64,000 bases of DNA from positions 1-64,000 of IMG/VR virus record IMGVR_UViG_3300021960_000053; one strand, 5' to 3'. The stretch comes from an uncultured virus (IMG/VR IMGVR_UViG_3300021960_000053). Its lineage: Duplodnaviria > Heunggongvirae > Uroviricota > Caudoviricetes. Numbering within the stretch: position 1 is the stretch's first letter; each line of letters starts with the position of its first letter. Made by a program: the position numbers and the translations under genes. The notes beneath the pieces were generated by a model. That model made no database searches and was not told where the DNA came from. It saw only the letters and a list, made by a program, of their open reading frames with translations. Shown in pieces: positions 48,204 through 57,677 of the stretch.

Positions 48204-49150
48204 TTGAACTTGCACTCCACCATAATTTCAGTCAACGCCGCGAGGAGGTTGATCTCCTGGTCGGCAACAAATGCGATCTGATACTGATACTTAGCAATGA
48301 TGAGGACAGCAGCAGCAATGCTAGGACCCTCCAAGGTGCTATAAAGAGCATCGTAAACACGACGCAGTAATACGCTAGGATCATTATCCAGATTATTAAC
48401 GACCCATTTGCGAACTGACTGAAAGTCCTTCTGCTTGAGTTTCTGGAGGAGATCATTTACCTTAACATCCCCAAACTCTGCAAGGATTGCCGAATCAATT
48501 TTACCACCCACCGAGTACCTTTGGCACTCGTTGAGGACACGACGCCAGTCAGGGAAGTGCTTGTTGATGAGTTCGACAAGAACTTTTTCGTCATAGGCAA
48601 TACCTTCTCCAGAAAGAATTTGTCCAAGACGCCTAAAGAAGTCTGCTGCGATTGCAGGTTTCTGCCTTGCAGTAATAGAAAATTCGACGACGGCACACCG
48701 AGAATGAAGGGGTTCGATGATTTTGTTTTTGTAGTTACAGGTGAAGATGAACCTACAGTTGCCATAAAACGCCTCAATATTAGCCCGTAGGAGGAGCTGT
48801 ACATCGTGGGTTGTGTTATCAGCCTCGTCGATAATGATGACCTTGTGCGGTGCATCTGAAGAAAGTGAGACGGTCGAAGCAAAGTTCTTTGCTTGATTCC
48901 GTACAGTATCGAGAAATCTACCTTCGTCGGATCCATTGATAATAATATAGTCGCAGTTTAGTTGCTCGCAAATAGCGCGAGCGATAGTTGTCTTGCCACA
49001 ACCAGCAGGACCTGCAAGAAGCAGGTTAGGAATCTCTCCTTGTGCTAGGAAATCCTGAAAGGTTTTCTTTGTAGCAGCAGGAAGGATACACTCATCAATA
49101 GTTTTGGGACGATACTTTTCGACCCAGAGAAAATCACTACGCATAATCAA
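48200..49150 (-). CDS. gp44: Clamp loader large subunit (T4 gp44)
   Basis: WVEKYRP, GPAGCGKTT, IDEAD, SRC. Confidence 0.97.
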   Translation of the reverse strand: MIMRSDFLWVEKYRPKTIDECILPAATKKTFQDFLAQGEIPNLLLAGPAGCGKTTIARAICEQLNCDYIIINGSDEGRFLDTVRNQAKNFASTVSLSSDAPHKVIIIDEADNTTHDVQLLLRANIEAFYGNCRFIFTCNYKNKIIEPLHSRCAVVEFSITARQKPAIAADFFRRLGQILSGEGIAYDEKVLVELINKHFPDWRRVLNECQRYSVGGKIDSAILAEFGDVKVNDLLQKLKQKDFQSVRKWVVNNLDNDPSVLLRRVYDALYSTLEGPSIAAAVLIIAKYQYQIAFVADQEINLLAALTEIMVECKFK

Positions 49151-49656
49151 ATCCAGTCAGGTTTACGATGGGGCAACCTAATATAATTATCGCACACCCA
49201 TGGTTTAGATGCAATGTACATCTTGTACGCATCAAAAGTTGTAATGCTTGTATCCAGTTTATATTCGTCAGGCATAGCTCTGGCAAAGGGAGTAACCTTA
49301 TCCAGTTTACCTTTGGGGAAAAGGTAGTATGCTTGCACTAAAGTATTCTCACAAGCATGAGTTTTGTTATACCTCAAGGTATATTCGTCACACAGATTTA
49401 GTCCCCACTTGATTAACCAATAGGCGTTATCCACGGTGTCTGCCGCCCACTTCGTACAAGGGTGGTTGCGAAAGGCACCTTTCTCTGTCGCATAGGGCGT
49501 CCCGTCTCTTTTTCCCAGAGTTCCGTAAGAGTGATACCAAGGAGAAGCAACAATAGATAGCATTTGGCAACACTCCAAGGGCATCTTGACAACATGTTTG
49601 TCAGGAAGACAGATGGCACTTTCAGCAGGAAACGGATGTGTGACAAAGATATTCAT
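49147..49656 (-). CDS. Pyrimidine-dimer DNA glycosylase/endonuclease V-like protein
   Basis: MNIF, DKHVVKMPLE..QML, NHPCTKW, EY..RY.K.H. Confidence 0.7.
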   Translation of the reverse strand: MNIFVTHPFPAESAICLPDKHVVKMPLECCQMLSIVASPWYHSYGTLGKRDGTPYATEKGAFRNHPCTKWAADTVDNAYWLIKWGLNLCDEYTLRYNKTHACENTLVQAYYLFPKGKLDKVTPFARAMPDEYKLDTSITTFDAYKMYIASKPWVCDNYIRLPHRKPDWI

Positions 49657-49988
49657 TCTAAAGGTCTTACGAATTCATTGCTGATGGTGTCTTTGGCATG
49701 AAGAACCATCTTCATGTAGTCTACTCCTTTTTGGGGATCGGTATGGTCCCCACAGGTGAAAATGTCACATACTGCCATACCTATCTCTGGCCAAGTGTGA
49801 ATGCTGATATGGGACTCAGCGAGCATTGCTACACAAGTCACACCCTGAGGTTGAAACTTGTGTGAGTTCAAAGCAAGTAAGGTAGAACCACATTGAATAG
49901 ATGCATGATAAACTACATCTCTCACATAGTTCTCATCATCCAAGAGATCGGAAGAGCATTCCTTAAGGGTAAACAGGATGTGTCTCAT
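49653..49988 (-). CDS. speD: Pyruvoyl-dependent S-adenosylmethionine decarboxylase family
   Basis: HKFQPQGVT, LAESHISIHTWPE, DIFTCG. Confidence 0.93.
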   Translation of the reverse strand: MRHILFTLKECSSDLLDDENYVRDVVYHASIQCGSTLLALNSHKFQPQGVTCVAMLAESHISIHTWPEIGMAVCDIFTCGDHTDPQKGVDYMKMVLHAKDTISNEFVRPLE

Positions 49989-49999
49989 TTACATGTTTC

Positions 50000-50569
50000 T
50001 CAAATTAAGTTAAAAGCAATAATTATGCGGTCCTCATTACTTGCATGAGGTCTAGCCATATGTAATAGGTTGGAAGGGAAAATTAAAAGGTCACCTTCTT
50101 TAACAAGAACACCACCAGACTCATTTACTCCAGACTCATTTATGAAGGGGGAGTAGAAAAAGGTTCCTTCATGTTCTTCAGACAGTTTAGCATAAAAAAC
50201 ACATGCATATCCAAGGGCACCATGAGTGTGTGGAATATGAGTATCTCCTGCTTTATATTTTTGACACCAAAATTCATTTATTGCAGTAAACTTATATGAA
50301 CAAATTTCATGAAATTCATCCAAATATGGTTTTACAATAGAAAGAAAAGAATCTTGATATTCTTTTTTATGACCACTAAAAAAATCTGTGTAAAAGATAT
50401 TGGGATCCGCAGTTGTGTACTTTGGATCCTCAAAAGGAATCATGTTTAAAATTCTATCTCTTTCACGATTCCACTCTTTAACATAAATTCTAGTTAAAGA
50501 TATCTTAAACAGGTCAATAAAATCAACCCTCGTAGTTTGAGTCAGGTTCGAGTGCGATGTAGTAGTCAA
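50000..50569 (-). CDS. 2OG-Fe(II) oxygenase (HxH type); start uncertain
   Basis: PHTH, EGDLLIFPSNLLH, RIIIAFN. Confidence 0.8.
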   Translation of the reverse strand: MTTTSHSNLTQTTRVDFIDLFKISLTRIYVKEWNRERDRILNMIPFEDPKYTTADPNIFYTDFFSGHKKEYQDSFLSIVKPYLDEFHEICSYKFTAINEFWCQKYKAGDTHIPHTHGALGYACVFYAKLSEEHEGTFFYSPFINESGVNESGGVLVKEGDLLIFPSNLLHMARPHASNEDRIIIAFNLI

Positions 50570-51194
50570 GGTTGTAATTGTGGTTGGTGAACTTAGAAAG
50601 CAGTTTCTTGGAGATTACAACATCATAAGAACCAGGAATCAGTTTGATATTCTCGATCTTAAAGTTGAACTCAAAGGTCTTGTCAGTCTTACCAACAGTC
50701 AGAGCAAACTCGTTAGAGTTATCATTCTTCTTATCACGGACCATCAGGGTGATATTCTCACCGTCACCAACAGCGGCAAGGTCAGGCAACTGATATACGG
50801 AAGACGCTTTCAGCAGTTTCTGCAGTTGAACACTTTCCAGTTGGAAGCAAACATCTTGCGAGGGAAGAGTGATTGCTTTCTCAGGAGGAGTGATAATGAC
50901 CTCAGGATCGGCAAAGGCAAACTTGACCTTAGTAGTCTTACCCTCACGGATGATCATGTAAGAATCATGCTTCAGGTCAATGTCAGGGTCATTCATCAGA
51001 CCCACACCGTTCAGGAACTGGGGAAGGTCATAGATACCGAAGTCCTTTTCAAAGTTCTCATCGATATCTGCTTCTGCCAGGATGTTCTTCATCACCGAGA
51101 TGGTACGAAGTTTGGAACCCCTCTTCACCAGGATAGACTGGTTGATAGAAGAAAAGTTTTCGAGAAGGTTAATAGTTTTTTCAGAAAGTTTCAT
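50523..51194 (-). CDS. gp45: Sliding clamp (T4 gp45)
   Basis: MKLS..T..LL.NFSSINQS, FGIYDL..FL, YYIALE. Confidence 0.96.
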   Translation of the reverse strand: MKLSEKTINLLENFSSINQSILVKRGSKLRTISVMKNILAEADIDENFEKDFGIYDLPQFLNGVGLMNDPDIDLKHDSYMIIREGKTTKVKFAFADPEVIITPPEKAITLPSQDVCFQLESVQLQKLLKASSVYQLPDLAAVGDGENITLMVRDKKNDNSNEFALTVGKTDKTFEFNFKIENIKLIPGSYDVVISKKLLSKFTNHNYNLDYYIALEPDSNYEG

Positions 51195-51639
51195 ATCCAC
51201 GCTCAGTAGTCTCCTTGTCTAGTCCAGCGAAGTGATAAAGAAGAACAGCATAATGAATGATCTTCTTAATGTCCATTTTAGCAGATCCCTTCTTATCATA
51301 ACGGGATGCATACTTAAGAATATTGCTACGGCAGAAAGCAGCAGCATCTCCAACAGACTCGATCAGATCAAGAGTCTGAGTTCCGTTGTCAGAGTTGTAG
51401 TGAGCACGATAGGTGTCACTAATATAGTCCTTCACAAGTTGAAGGATCTCATCTTCATTGTATTTGTACACAGATTTATTTGTTGTTAAAACGATATGAT
51501 CGGAGGAACTAGTTGCTGGCAATGGCGTCCAGTCGTAACCACCATTTTCCGATACCCATTTTTCTCCAGTCACAGTATAACTGTACTGTTCGTCTTCAGG
51601 ACCGTACATTTCGTCGTATAAAAAAGACCATGCTGTCAT
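51181..51639 (-). CDS. DUF3310-like protein (T7 gp1.7/nucleotide-kinase-like)
   Basis: HY...NILKY..RY.KKG...D..K..HY. Confidence 0.6.
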   Translation of the reverse strand: MTAWSFLYDEMYGPEDEQYSYTVTGEKWVSENGGYDWTPLPATSSSDHIVLTTNKSVYKYNEDEILQLVKDYISDTYRAHYNSDNGTQTLDLIESVGDAAAFCRSNILKYASRYDKKGSAKMDIKKIIHYAVLLYHFAGLDKETTERGYETF

Positions 51640-52292
51640 TTTACCACCTCATTAGAATTTTGTCCATAGGTAAAGAGAAACTCACTAACTAGTGATTCTG
51701 CTTTATCTTTACCGAACTTGTTCTCTAAGTACCCACTTACAGGATCTAACTTTTTCATATAGGTATCAAAGTCAGAATAGAGAGAAATATCCAATCCACT
51801 AGGACAAGCGGATTCTAACATATCTTTGTAGATAGTGAGATACTTTTTGAAAGTTTCGAGATGATCATTGACCTCAGACATGGTGCATTTAGCAACATAA
51901 ATGTGATCAGAGAAATGATTTCCAGGTTCAAAGAAACGAAAATTGCCTTCTGACTTGGGAAGATCTGGATGAGTGAAGAGGTAATTTTCTACTGGGTGTT
52001 GGAAATCAAATACAAGAACGACTTTCTTTTCAAAGAAACCCATTAGGTCCATCCCAAAGCAAGGGAGGTTAGATCCCGTCTTAGGATAGATGATCGTGTT
52101 GTAGATACAGGACTTCTCATCCCAGATCTCAACTTCTCTAGACTTAATAATATATCTGTTGCTGTAGATTTTTGCAGAGAGGGAGGTTCCTTTCTCCTCC
52201 CAATCTGCCCAGTCACAGATATTTTCTAGATCAGGAAAAGTCTCCCACAGGACTTTCTTGTAGTTCATCCACAAGTTTTGAGAAATCGACAT
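51636..52292 (-). CDS. pebS: Phycoerythrobilin synthase (ferredoxin-dependent bilin reductase)
   Basis: IYNTIIYPKTG..LPCFGMDLM, VFDFQHP, RFFE.GNHFS, FDTYM..LDPV. Confidence 0.9.
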   Translation of the reverse strand: MSISQNLWMNYKKVLWETFPDLENICDWADWEEKGTSLSAKIYSNRYIIKSREVEIWDEKSCIYNTIIYPKTGSNLPCFGMDLMGFFEKKVVLVFDFQHPVENYLFTHPDLPKSEGNFRFFEPGNHFSDHIYVAKCTMSEVNDHLETFKKYLTIYKDMLESACPSGLDISLYSDFDTYMKKLDPVSGYLENKFGKDKAESLVSEFLFTYGQNSNEVVK

Positions 52293-53322
52293 CTGCATCA
52301 ACTTTATCGTAAAGGTCAAGGAAAGCACTCTTGGTCTCATCGTCGAAACGATTCAAGCAGACTTGAATTGCTTTTTGCTTATCGTTCCAGATGGAGAATG
52401 CACGGACAATGTGAACAAGACGACGAGTAGAAATAACCTCGTCAACCCCACCATCGTAAAAAGTCTTACGGATGATGTCTGCCCAATCGCAGAGACGCTT
52501 ACAGAAGTCAACATCACTGCAGAGAGCAGAAAGAATCTTCTCTTCGATCTTGGCAGTAGGATACTCCTGCTCAAAGGTCACAGGGAAACGCTCAAGAAAT
52601 GCCTCATTCAGCACATTGGTGCCGATGAAACGACCATCATCGCTACCCTTACCCTTGGTGTTGGCAGTGGCGATGACATTGAAACCAGCAGCAGGGGTCA
52701 CTTGCTTACCGATCTTCTTCAGGAAGACACCCTTACCTTCAAGGATAGATTGCAGACACAGGATCTTGTTAGAAGCAAGGTCGATCTCGTCTAGAAGGAG
52801 AACAGCTCCACGCGAAAGAGCCTCCACGACGGGTCCATTATGCCAGACAGTTTCGCCATTAACAAGACGGAACCCACCAATAAGATCATCCTCGTCAGTT
52901 TCAATCGTGATATTTACACGAATCAACTCCCTATTTAGTTGGGCACATGCCTGTTCTACACTAAAGGTCTTACCGTTACCAGACAGACCAGTGATAAAAG
53001 CAGGATAGAAAATGCCGCTCTGAATGATCTTTTTAATATCAGCAAAATTACCAAACTTGACGAAGGTATCATCTTTTTGGGGAACAAGGTTTTGCTCTAC
53101 AGCAGGCAAAGCAGCTGGTGCATGGAAACTCTGCTCAAGTTTTTCTTGCACAGTTAGATTCCAAACACCACGCTTAACTTTATACTGATCAAGTTTCTTA
53201 GTTGCGGTTGGATAAGAAATGCCCTGAGCAGCGCAATACCCACGGACATCAGCAGCAGTGATGTGATCTCCGAAGGCATCACGGAGAGAGTTAGCAAGTT
53301 GTTCGGAGGACAAGCGAGGCAT
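52231..53322 (-). CDS. cobS: CobS/MoxR-like AAA+ ATPase
   Basis: GLSGNGKT, LLDEID, TANTKG, LNEAFLERF, ISTRR. Confidence 0.92.
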   Translation of the reverse strand: MPRLSSEQLANSLRDAFGDHITAADVRGYCAAQGISYPTATKKLDQYKVKRGVWNLTVQEKLEQSFHAPAALPAVEQNLVPQKDDTFVKFGNFADIKKIIQSGIFYPAFITGLSGNGKTFSVEQACAQLNRELIRVNITIETDEDDLIGGFRLVNGETVWHNGPVVEALSRGAVLLLDEIDLASNKILCLQSILEGKGVFLKKIGKQVTPAAGFNVIATANTKGKGSDDGRFIGTNVLNEAFLERFPVTFEQEYPTAKIEEKILSALCSDVDFCKRLCDWADIIRKTFYDGGVDEVISTRRLVHIVRAFSIWNDKQKAIQVCLNRFDDETKSAFLDLYDKVDADVDFSKLVDELQESPVGDFS

Positions 53323-53393
53323 TGTGATTTCCTTTGGTATGTATACATTATAACCCAGAGTAATCGGTCAGGAGACCTCTGGTGGACAGTTCA

Positions 53394-55499
53394 TCAAGCG
53401 ACCAGTTGAATGAATTCGTTTAAGACACGCTTGTTCATTTTTTTGTTCGCTAGAGACTTCTTAAATGCGCTCTTAATTTGAGACTTAGATGCATCATCCG
53501 ATACTTCAAATTCAGAACTTTGAGAAAGAACTTGGTTACCAAGAACAAAGTATGAGTGATACCCACCGTTCTTAATCACAAATGATTTGTCTTTCTTCCA
53601 TTGATTACGCATCTTTTGCTGCTCATCATATTCGTTTTCATACTGGAAGATCATGTTGTTGTAACTAGATCCACCACCAATGATACGGAATCCGATGAAG
53701 TTTACTTCTGGGAAAGTTGACTTCAAATCATTGAGCATAGATTTGGTGAATTGATGATAGATGCAGGAAAGACGAGTCAGTTCTCCAGTTTTAAGATTAC
53801 GAAGGAAAGTACTGTCACTAACCCTACGATTACGAATCTGTGGATTACCTTCCCAGTCACGCTGGAGCATAATAGTACGAGAAGGAATAGATGCCTCTCC
53901 GTCAGTAAGAACAACACAGTTTACTTTCTCCACTCCAGTCTTCTTTTTAAACTGAGGAAGAATGTAATGAAGGGTGATCAATGCTTCATTCAAAGGAGTT
54001 CCTGACAGATACATCTGGGGAGGACAGAAACCATAGTGACTGGTAAATGAATGAGCGATTGCCCAAATGTTTTGCATTTGCTTCTCTGCAACAGAATTCT
54101 TTACCTTGCTGGTAAGGATATTAAGCATGGAGAATTCATCGGAGACATAGAGTTTGTCTTCTTCCTTTGGATTATTTGGCACACGACCAGATTTATAATT
54201 CCACTCGTTAGTGAAAGCATAAACATCGTAAGGAATACCAACTTTCCTGCAGAACCAAATCAAGTTATAAAGTTGCTTAAGAGTGGGGACAAGAATGTCT
54301 GCCATGGATCCAGACCAATCAAGCACAAATACAAGTCCGTGATTTTTTCCGTCTGGCAGAATGGTTACTTTCTTGAACAGATCTTCATTGTACTTATAGG
54401 TATGAAGTTTGCTGCAATCAAGCACACCAGTTCTACTCACACTAGCACGAGCATAAGCAGTGGCAGATTTCTTACACTCAAACTCCTTCACAAGATAACT
54501 GACTTCTTTTGCAGCTTCTTTCTTAAAGGATTGATAAGATTCTTTATGGGTAACATCATAATCCATATGGATGAACCTTTCTTTAAAATCGCCAAAGCAG
54601 CAATCAATATACTCATGAATCATGTCGGAAGAGACGATAACATGATCAAGATCGAGTTTAGGAATAGTCACATAAGAGATGAAACTATCACTCATGTTTG
54701 CAAGTTGACGCAACTTATCTTCTAAAGAAGTCACGGTCTTTGCTTCAGTCTCATCTACGGGACTATCGCCAAGTTCTTCATCTTCGTTGGCATTGTTTTC
54801 TTCGTTGGCATTATCGTTGTCATTCTCCTCATCAGAATCGCCTGATTGCTGCCCAGACTGTTGCTGCTGAGGTTGGGGTTCTTGCTCTTCTTCGGCACCT
54901 TCCTCGCCCTCCTGAGGGGGAGGAGAAGTGATATTTGCCTCAGGGGTCATTTCCTTGGCATACTCATTCATCAAACGAGCTGCTTCCAGAGCATCATCAA
55001 ACGACTCAGCATCTGCAATAGCATTGATGATTTCCATCTCTTTCCCACGGTTAATGGGAATGTTGATATAGTTGCCGATCTTGAACCAGAGGTTTGCACG
55101 ATCAGCAAACGACATTTTAGAGAAGTCTACACCTTCTAGTTCAAAGAAGTCTTGATCTTGAAGTTGACTATATCCACGAGAAAAAGTTTTGTTCAGACCA
55201 GCATAACGACGCTTCATCAACTTTTCGATGCGAGCGTCTTCAGTGATATTGACAAAACTGTGGGGGACATTTTTCCACTTATCTTCCTTCTGCCAATCAC
55301 GGGAGTCTGTGAACAGTGCATGACCAACCTCGTGCGAGACGAGAAGATCATAAACAGACTCGGACGAGATATTCCATACTGGCAAAGTCAAGACGCGACG
55401 CACAACATCGAACTGAGCGGTCTCCACATTGCGATGCTCGATGAGAAGGTTCTCGGTAGCGAGCAGTTTAGCAAGTTTGCCTTTGACTTCGTGCAGCAT
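53394..55499 (-). CDS. CobT-like protein (metallopeptidase-like N-terminus, acidic linker, VWA domain)
   Basis: HEVGH..EDARIE, DWSGSM, GTPL, LTDGE; adjacent to cobS. Confidence 0.85.
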   Translation of the reverse strand: MLHEVKGKLAKLLATENLLIEHRNVETAQFDVVRRVLTLPVWNISSESVYDLLVSHEVGHALFTDSRDWQKEDKWKNVPHSFVNITEDARIEKLMKRRYAGLNKTFSRGYSQLQDQDFFELEGVDFSKMSFADRANLWFKIGNYINIPINRGKEMEIINAIADAESFDDALEAARLMNEYAKEMTPEANITSPPPQEGEEGAEEEQEPQPQQQQSGQQSGDSDEENDNDNANEENNANEDEELGDSPVDETEAKTVTSLEDKLRQLANMSDSFISYVTIPKLDLDHVIVSSDMIHEYIDCCFGDFKERFIHMDYDVTHKESYQSFKKEAAKEVSYLVKEFECKKSATAYARASVSRTGVLDCSKLHTYKYNEDLFKKVTILPDGKNHGLVFVLDWSGSMADILVPTLKQLYNLIWFCRKVGIPYDVYAFTNEWNYKSGRVPNNPKEEDKLYVSDEFSMLNILTSKVKNSVAEKQMQNIWAIAHSFTSHYGFCPPQMYLSGTPLNEALITLHYILPQFKKKTGVEKVNCVVLTDGEASIPSRTIMLQRDWEGNPQIRNRRVSDSTFLRNLKTGELTRLSCIYHQFTKSMLNDLKSTFPEVNFIGFRIIGGGSSYNNMIFQYENEYDEQQKMRNQWKKDKSFVIKNGGYHSYFVLGNQVLSQSSEFEVSDDASKSQIKSAFKKSLANKKMNKRVLNEFIQLVA

Positions 55500-55668
55500 G
55501 GATCTCCTCCTGTATGCACCTATTATAAGACCCCCGACGCTGGTCGGAGGTCTTGGTGTGACGCTTTTTAAATTGTCTTAGCCTTGCTTTTGCTTGCCTC
55601 AATGCTTGAGGTTTTAAGTGGCGCTTTTGTTCTTTTTTAGAATGGTGCTGCCAGTTTGGCGTGTTCAT
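55468..55668 (-). CDS. Small basic hypothetical protein
   Basis: PNWQHHSKKEQKR.LKPQALRQAK. Confidence 0.6.
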   Translation of the reverse strand: MNTPNWQHHSKKEQKRHLKPQALRQAKARLRQFKKRHTKTSDQRRGSYNRCIQEEIHAARSQRQTC

Positions 55669-55690
55669 TGCCCTATGGCGATGGATTGAC

Positions 55691-57421
55691 CTAGGATTCT
55701 ACCACATTCTTTTCGTTCTTAAAAGAGAATCCGCCTTTTTTAGTGAACTCAATCACATTATTAAACTTATCGAGCATGTCTCCTTTGTGAGAGATGACAA
55801 AGGTGTTAGCGTCTTGAATGACATACCTAATAATCTTAGTAAATTCGTCTGTACCAACAGTATCAAGAGAACTGTCAAAGACTTCATCTAGGATGAGGAG
55901 GTTTGTGTTTGCTGAGTTTTTGAACCTGGCAACTTCCCTCCATGCGAAAAGAAGTGCCAGGTCGATTCTCATCTTCTCCCCCTCAGAGAATGAGGAATAA
56001 GTGAAGTTGTCGTGAACAGGACTTTGAATGGTCTCATTAAACTCTTCATCAAGATGGAAGTTAATATAAAAGTCCATCATCTGAAGATAACGATTAACTT
56101 GTTTGTTGATAAGAGGCAAGTACTTTTTGATAATCTTTGCCTTGACTCCACCATCTTTAAGCAGTGAATAAGCAAAGTCGTTATACTTTACTTCCTCGTT
56201 TTTATCAGCAAGTTTACCGTAAATTACCTGAAGATCATTCTTGAATCCTTCTAACTTCTCATGCTCAGAATTTCTGTTTTGTAGCTGACTGGTAAGAGTT
56301 TGAATTTCTGATTGTAGATCTCCGACCTGTCGCTGATACCCAGCAATCCGAACATTGTTTTGAGAAATGTCATGCGTTAGATTCGTAACCTCCGAGGACA
56401 GTTTAGTGAAAAGACGCTCTCTGTTTTCCTCTTCCTTTATCGACTCCTCCAGTTTTGTAAAACCTTCTCTGAGTTCCTTTGCTTTATTTTGAGCGTCTGT
56501 AATTTTATTTAGACGGAATTCTTCCTCAATCGATTGGGTGCAAGTGGGGCATACCGTATTCTCTGTGAAGAACTGATGTTCTTTAGTAATCGTTGTAACT
56601 TTCTGTGAAATTTTGCCTCTAAGATTTCCCAACTTACGAAGTTGTTGTGTGGAATTTTTGACAGACTCCATCTCTTCAGTTAAGGATTCAATCTTTTTAG
56701 AGATATCCTCATTCTTTGTATTAAGAACTCCAGAGTCAAAGCAGAGTTTTTCAATCTTTAGTTTATCTTCTTCAATTCTAGTTTTGTGACGATTTTCAAG
56801 GTCCTCAATAAAACCTTCTTGCATCTTAATCTTATCCTTGACATTTTCTTTCTTCAAGGTCAGACTCTTAATAACCTCCTTAGACTGCCGTATTTCCTCC
56901 TTGAGGATGTTGTTCATGGCAGAGAAGATACGAATATCCAAAAGGTCCTCAATGACCTCTCTACGGTGCGCCTGGGCGAGTTGCATGAACGGCACAAAGT
57001 TACTGCTACCCAGGATAACAATCTGAGTGAAAGACTTATAATTTAGTTTGAGGATTTGATCTTCCAGAATCTTCTGATTGGCACGATCATCTGCCTCTTT
57101 ATTTTTCATTTCACCATTTACCAGGATATCAAACACATTTGGTTTGATACCACGACGAACGACATATTGCTTGGGACCGACTGAGAACTCAACTTCTACC
57201 AAACATCCTTTTTCGTTGGTACTGTTCACCAACTGAGGTTTGTTAATCTTACGATACGGTTTGTTGAACAAAGCAAAACACAACGCATCAAGCATTGTCG
57301 ATTTACCAGCACCATTAGTTCCAACAACTAAAGTAGTTGAGGATTTGTTCAGAGCGATTTCAGTCCACTGGTCTCCAGTAGAGAGAAAGTTTTTCCATCT
57401 AAGTTTTTCAAATGTTATCAT
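55691..57421 (-). CDS. gp46: Recombination endonuclease subunit (T4 gp46, Rad50-like)
   Basis: GTNGAGKS, CPTC hook, FSEGEK, LDEVFD. Confidence 0.97.
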   Translation of the reverse strand: MITFEKLRWKNFLSTGDQWTEIALNKSSTTLVVGTNGAGKSTMLDALCFALFNKPYRKINKPQLVNSTNEKGCLVEVEFSVGPKQYVVRRGIKPNVFDILVNGEMKNKEADDRANQKILEDQILKLNYKSFTQIVILGSSNFVPFMQLAQAHRREVIEDLLDIRIFSAMNNILKEEIRQSKEVIKSLTLKKENVKDKIKMQEGFIEDLENRHKTRIEEDKLKIEKLCFDSGVLNTKNEDISKKIESLTEEMESVKNSTQQLRKLGNLRGKISQKVTTITKEHQFFTENTVCPTCTQSIEEEFRLNKITDAQNKAKELREGFTKLEESIKEEENRERLFTKLSSEVTNLTHDISQNNVRIAGYQRQVGDLQSEIQTLTSQLQNRNSEHEKLEGFKNDLQVIYGKLADKNEEVKYNDFAYSLLKDGGVKAKIIKKYLPLINKQVNRYLQMMDFYINFHLDEEFNETIQSPVHDNFTYSSFSEGEKMRIDLALLFAWREVARFKNSANTNLLILDEVFDSSLDTVGTDEFTKIIRYVIQDANTFVISHKGDMLDKFNNVIEFTKKGGFSFKNEKNVVES

Positions 57422-57677
57422 CTTGAAATGGCGGGATCACAATGTCCTCAGAGGTAATAATAGTGTACTTGTAATTATACATCTCACACGCTTTTATTGC
57501 AACCTCTTCGTCAACTTCAACAGTCATCATCTCTACGCCATGATCTTCTTCTAGTTGCATGGCATATCTTTCAGCGTCGTCCTCTTCTTCAAACATGAAA
57601 AGAACTTTATCACCACTCTTATCTTTTACAGCGTAAGCACCTTCGTCTTTTTTATTTTTTTCCGACAGCAGAAACAT
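57408..57677 (-). CDS. Hypothetical protein between gp47 and gp46
   Basis: EGAYAV...FEEEDDAERY...DIVIPP. Confidence 0.75.
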   Translation of the reverse strand: MFLLSEKNKKDEGAYAVKDKSGDKVLFMFEEEDDAERYAMQLEEDHGVEMMTVEVDEEVAIKACEMYNYKYTIITSEDIVIPPFQDDNI

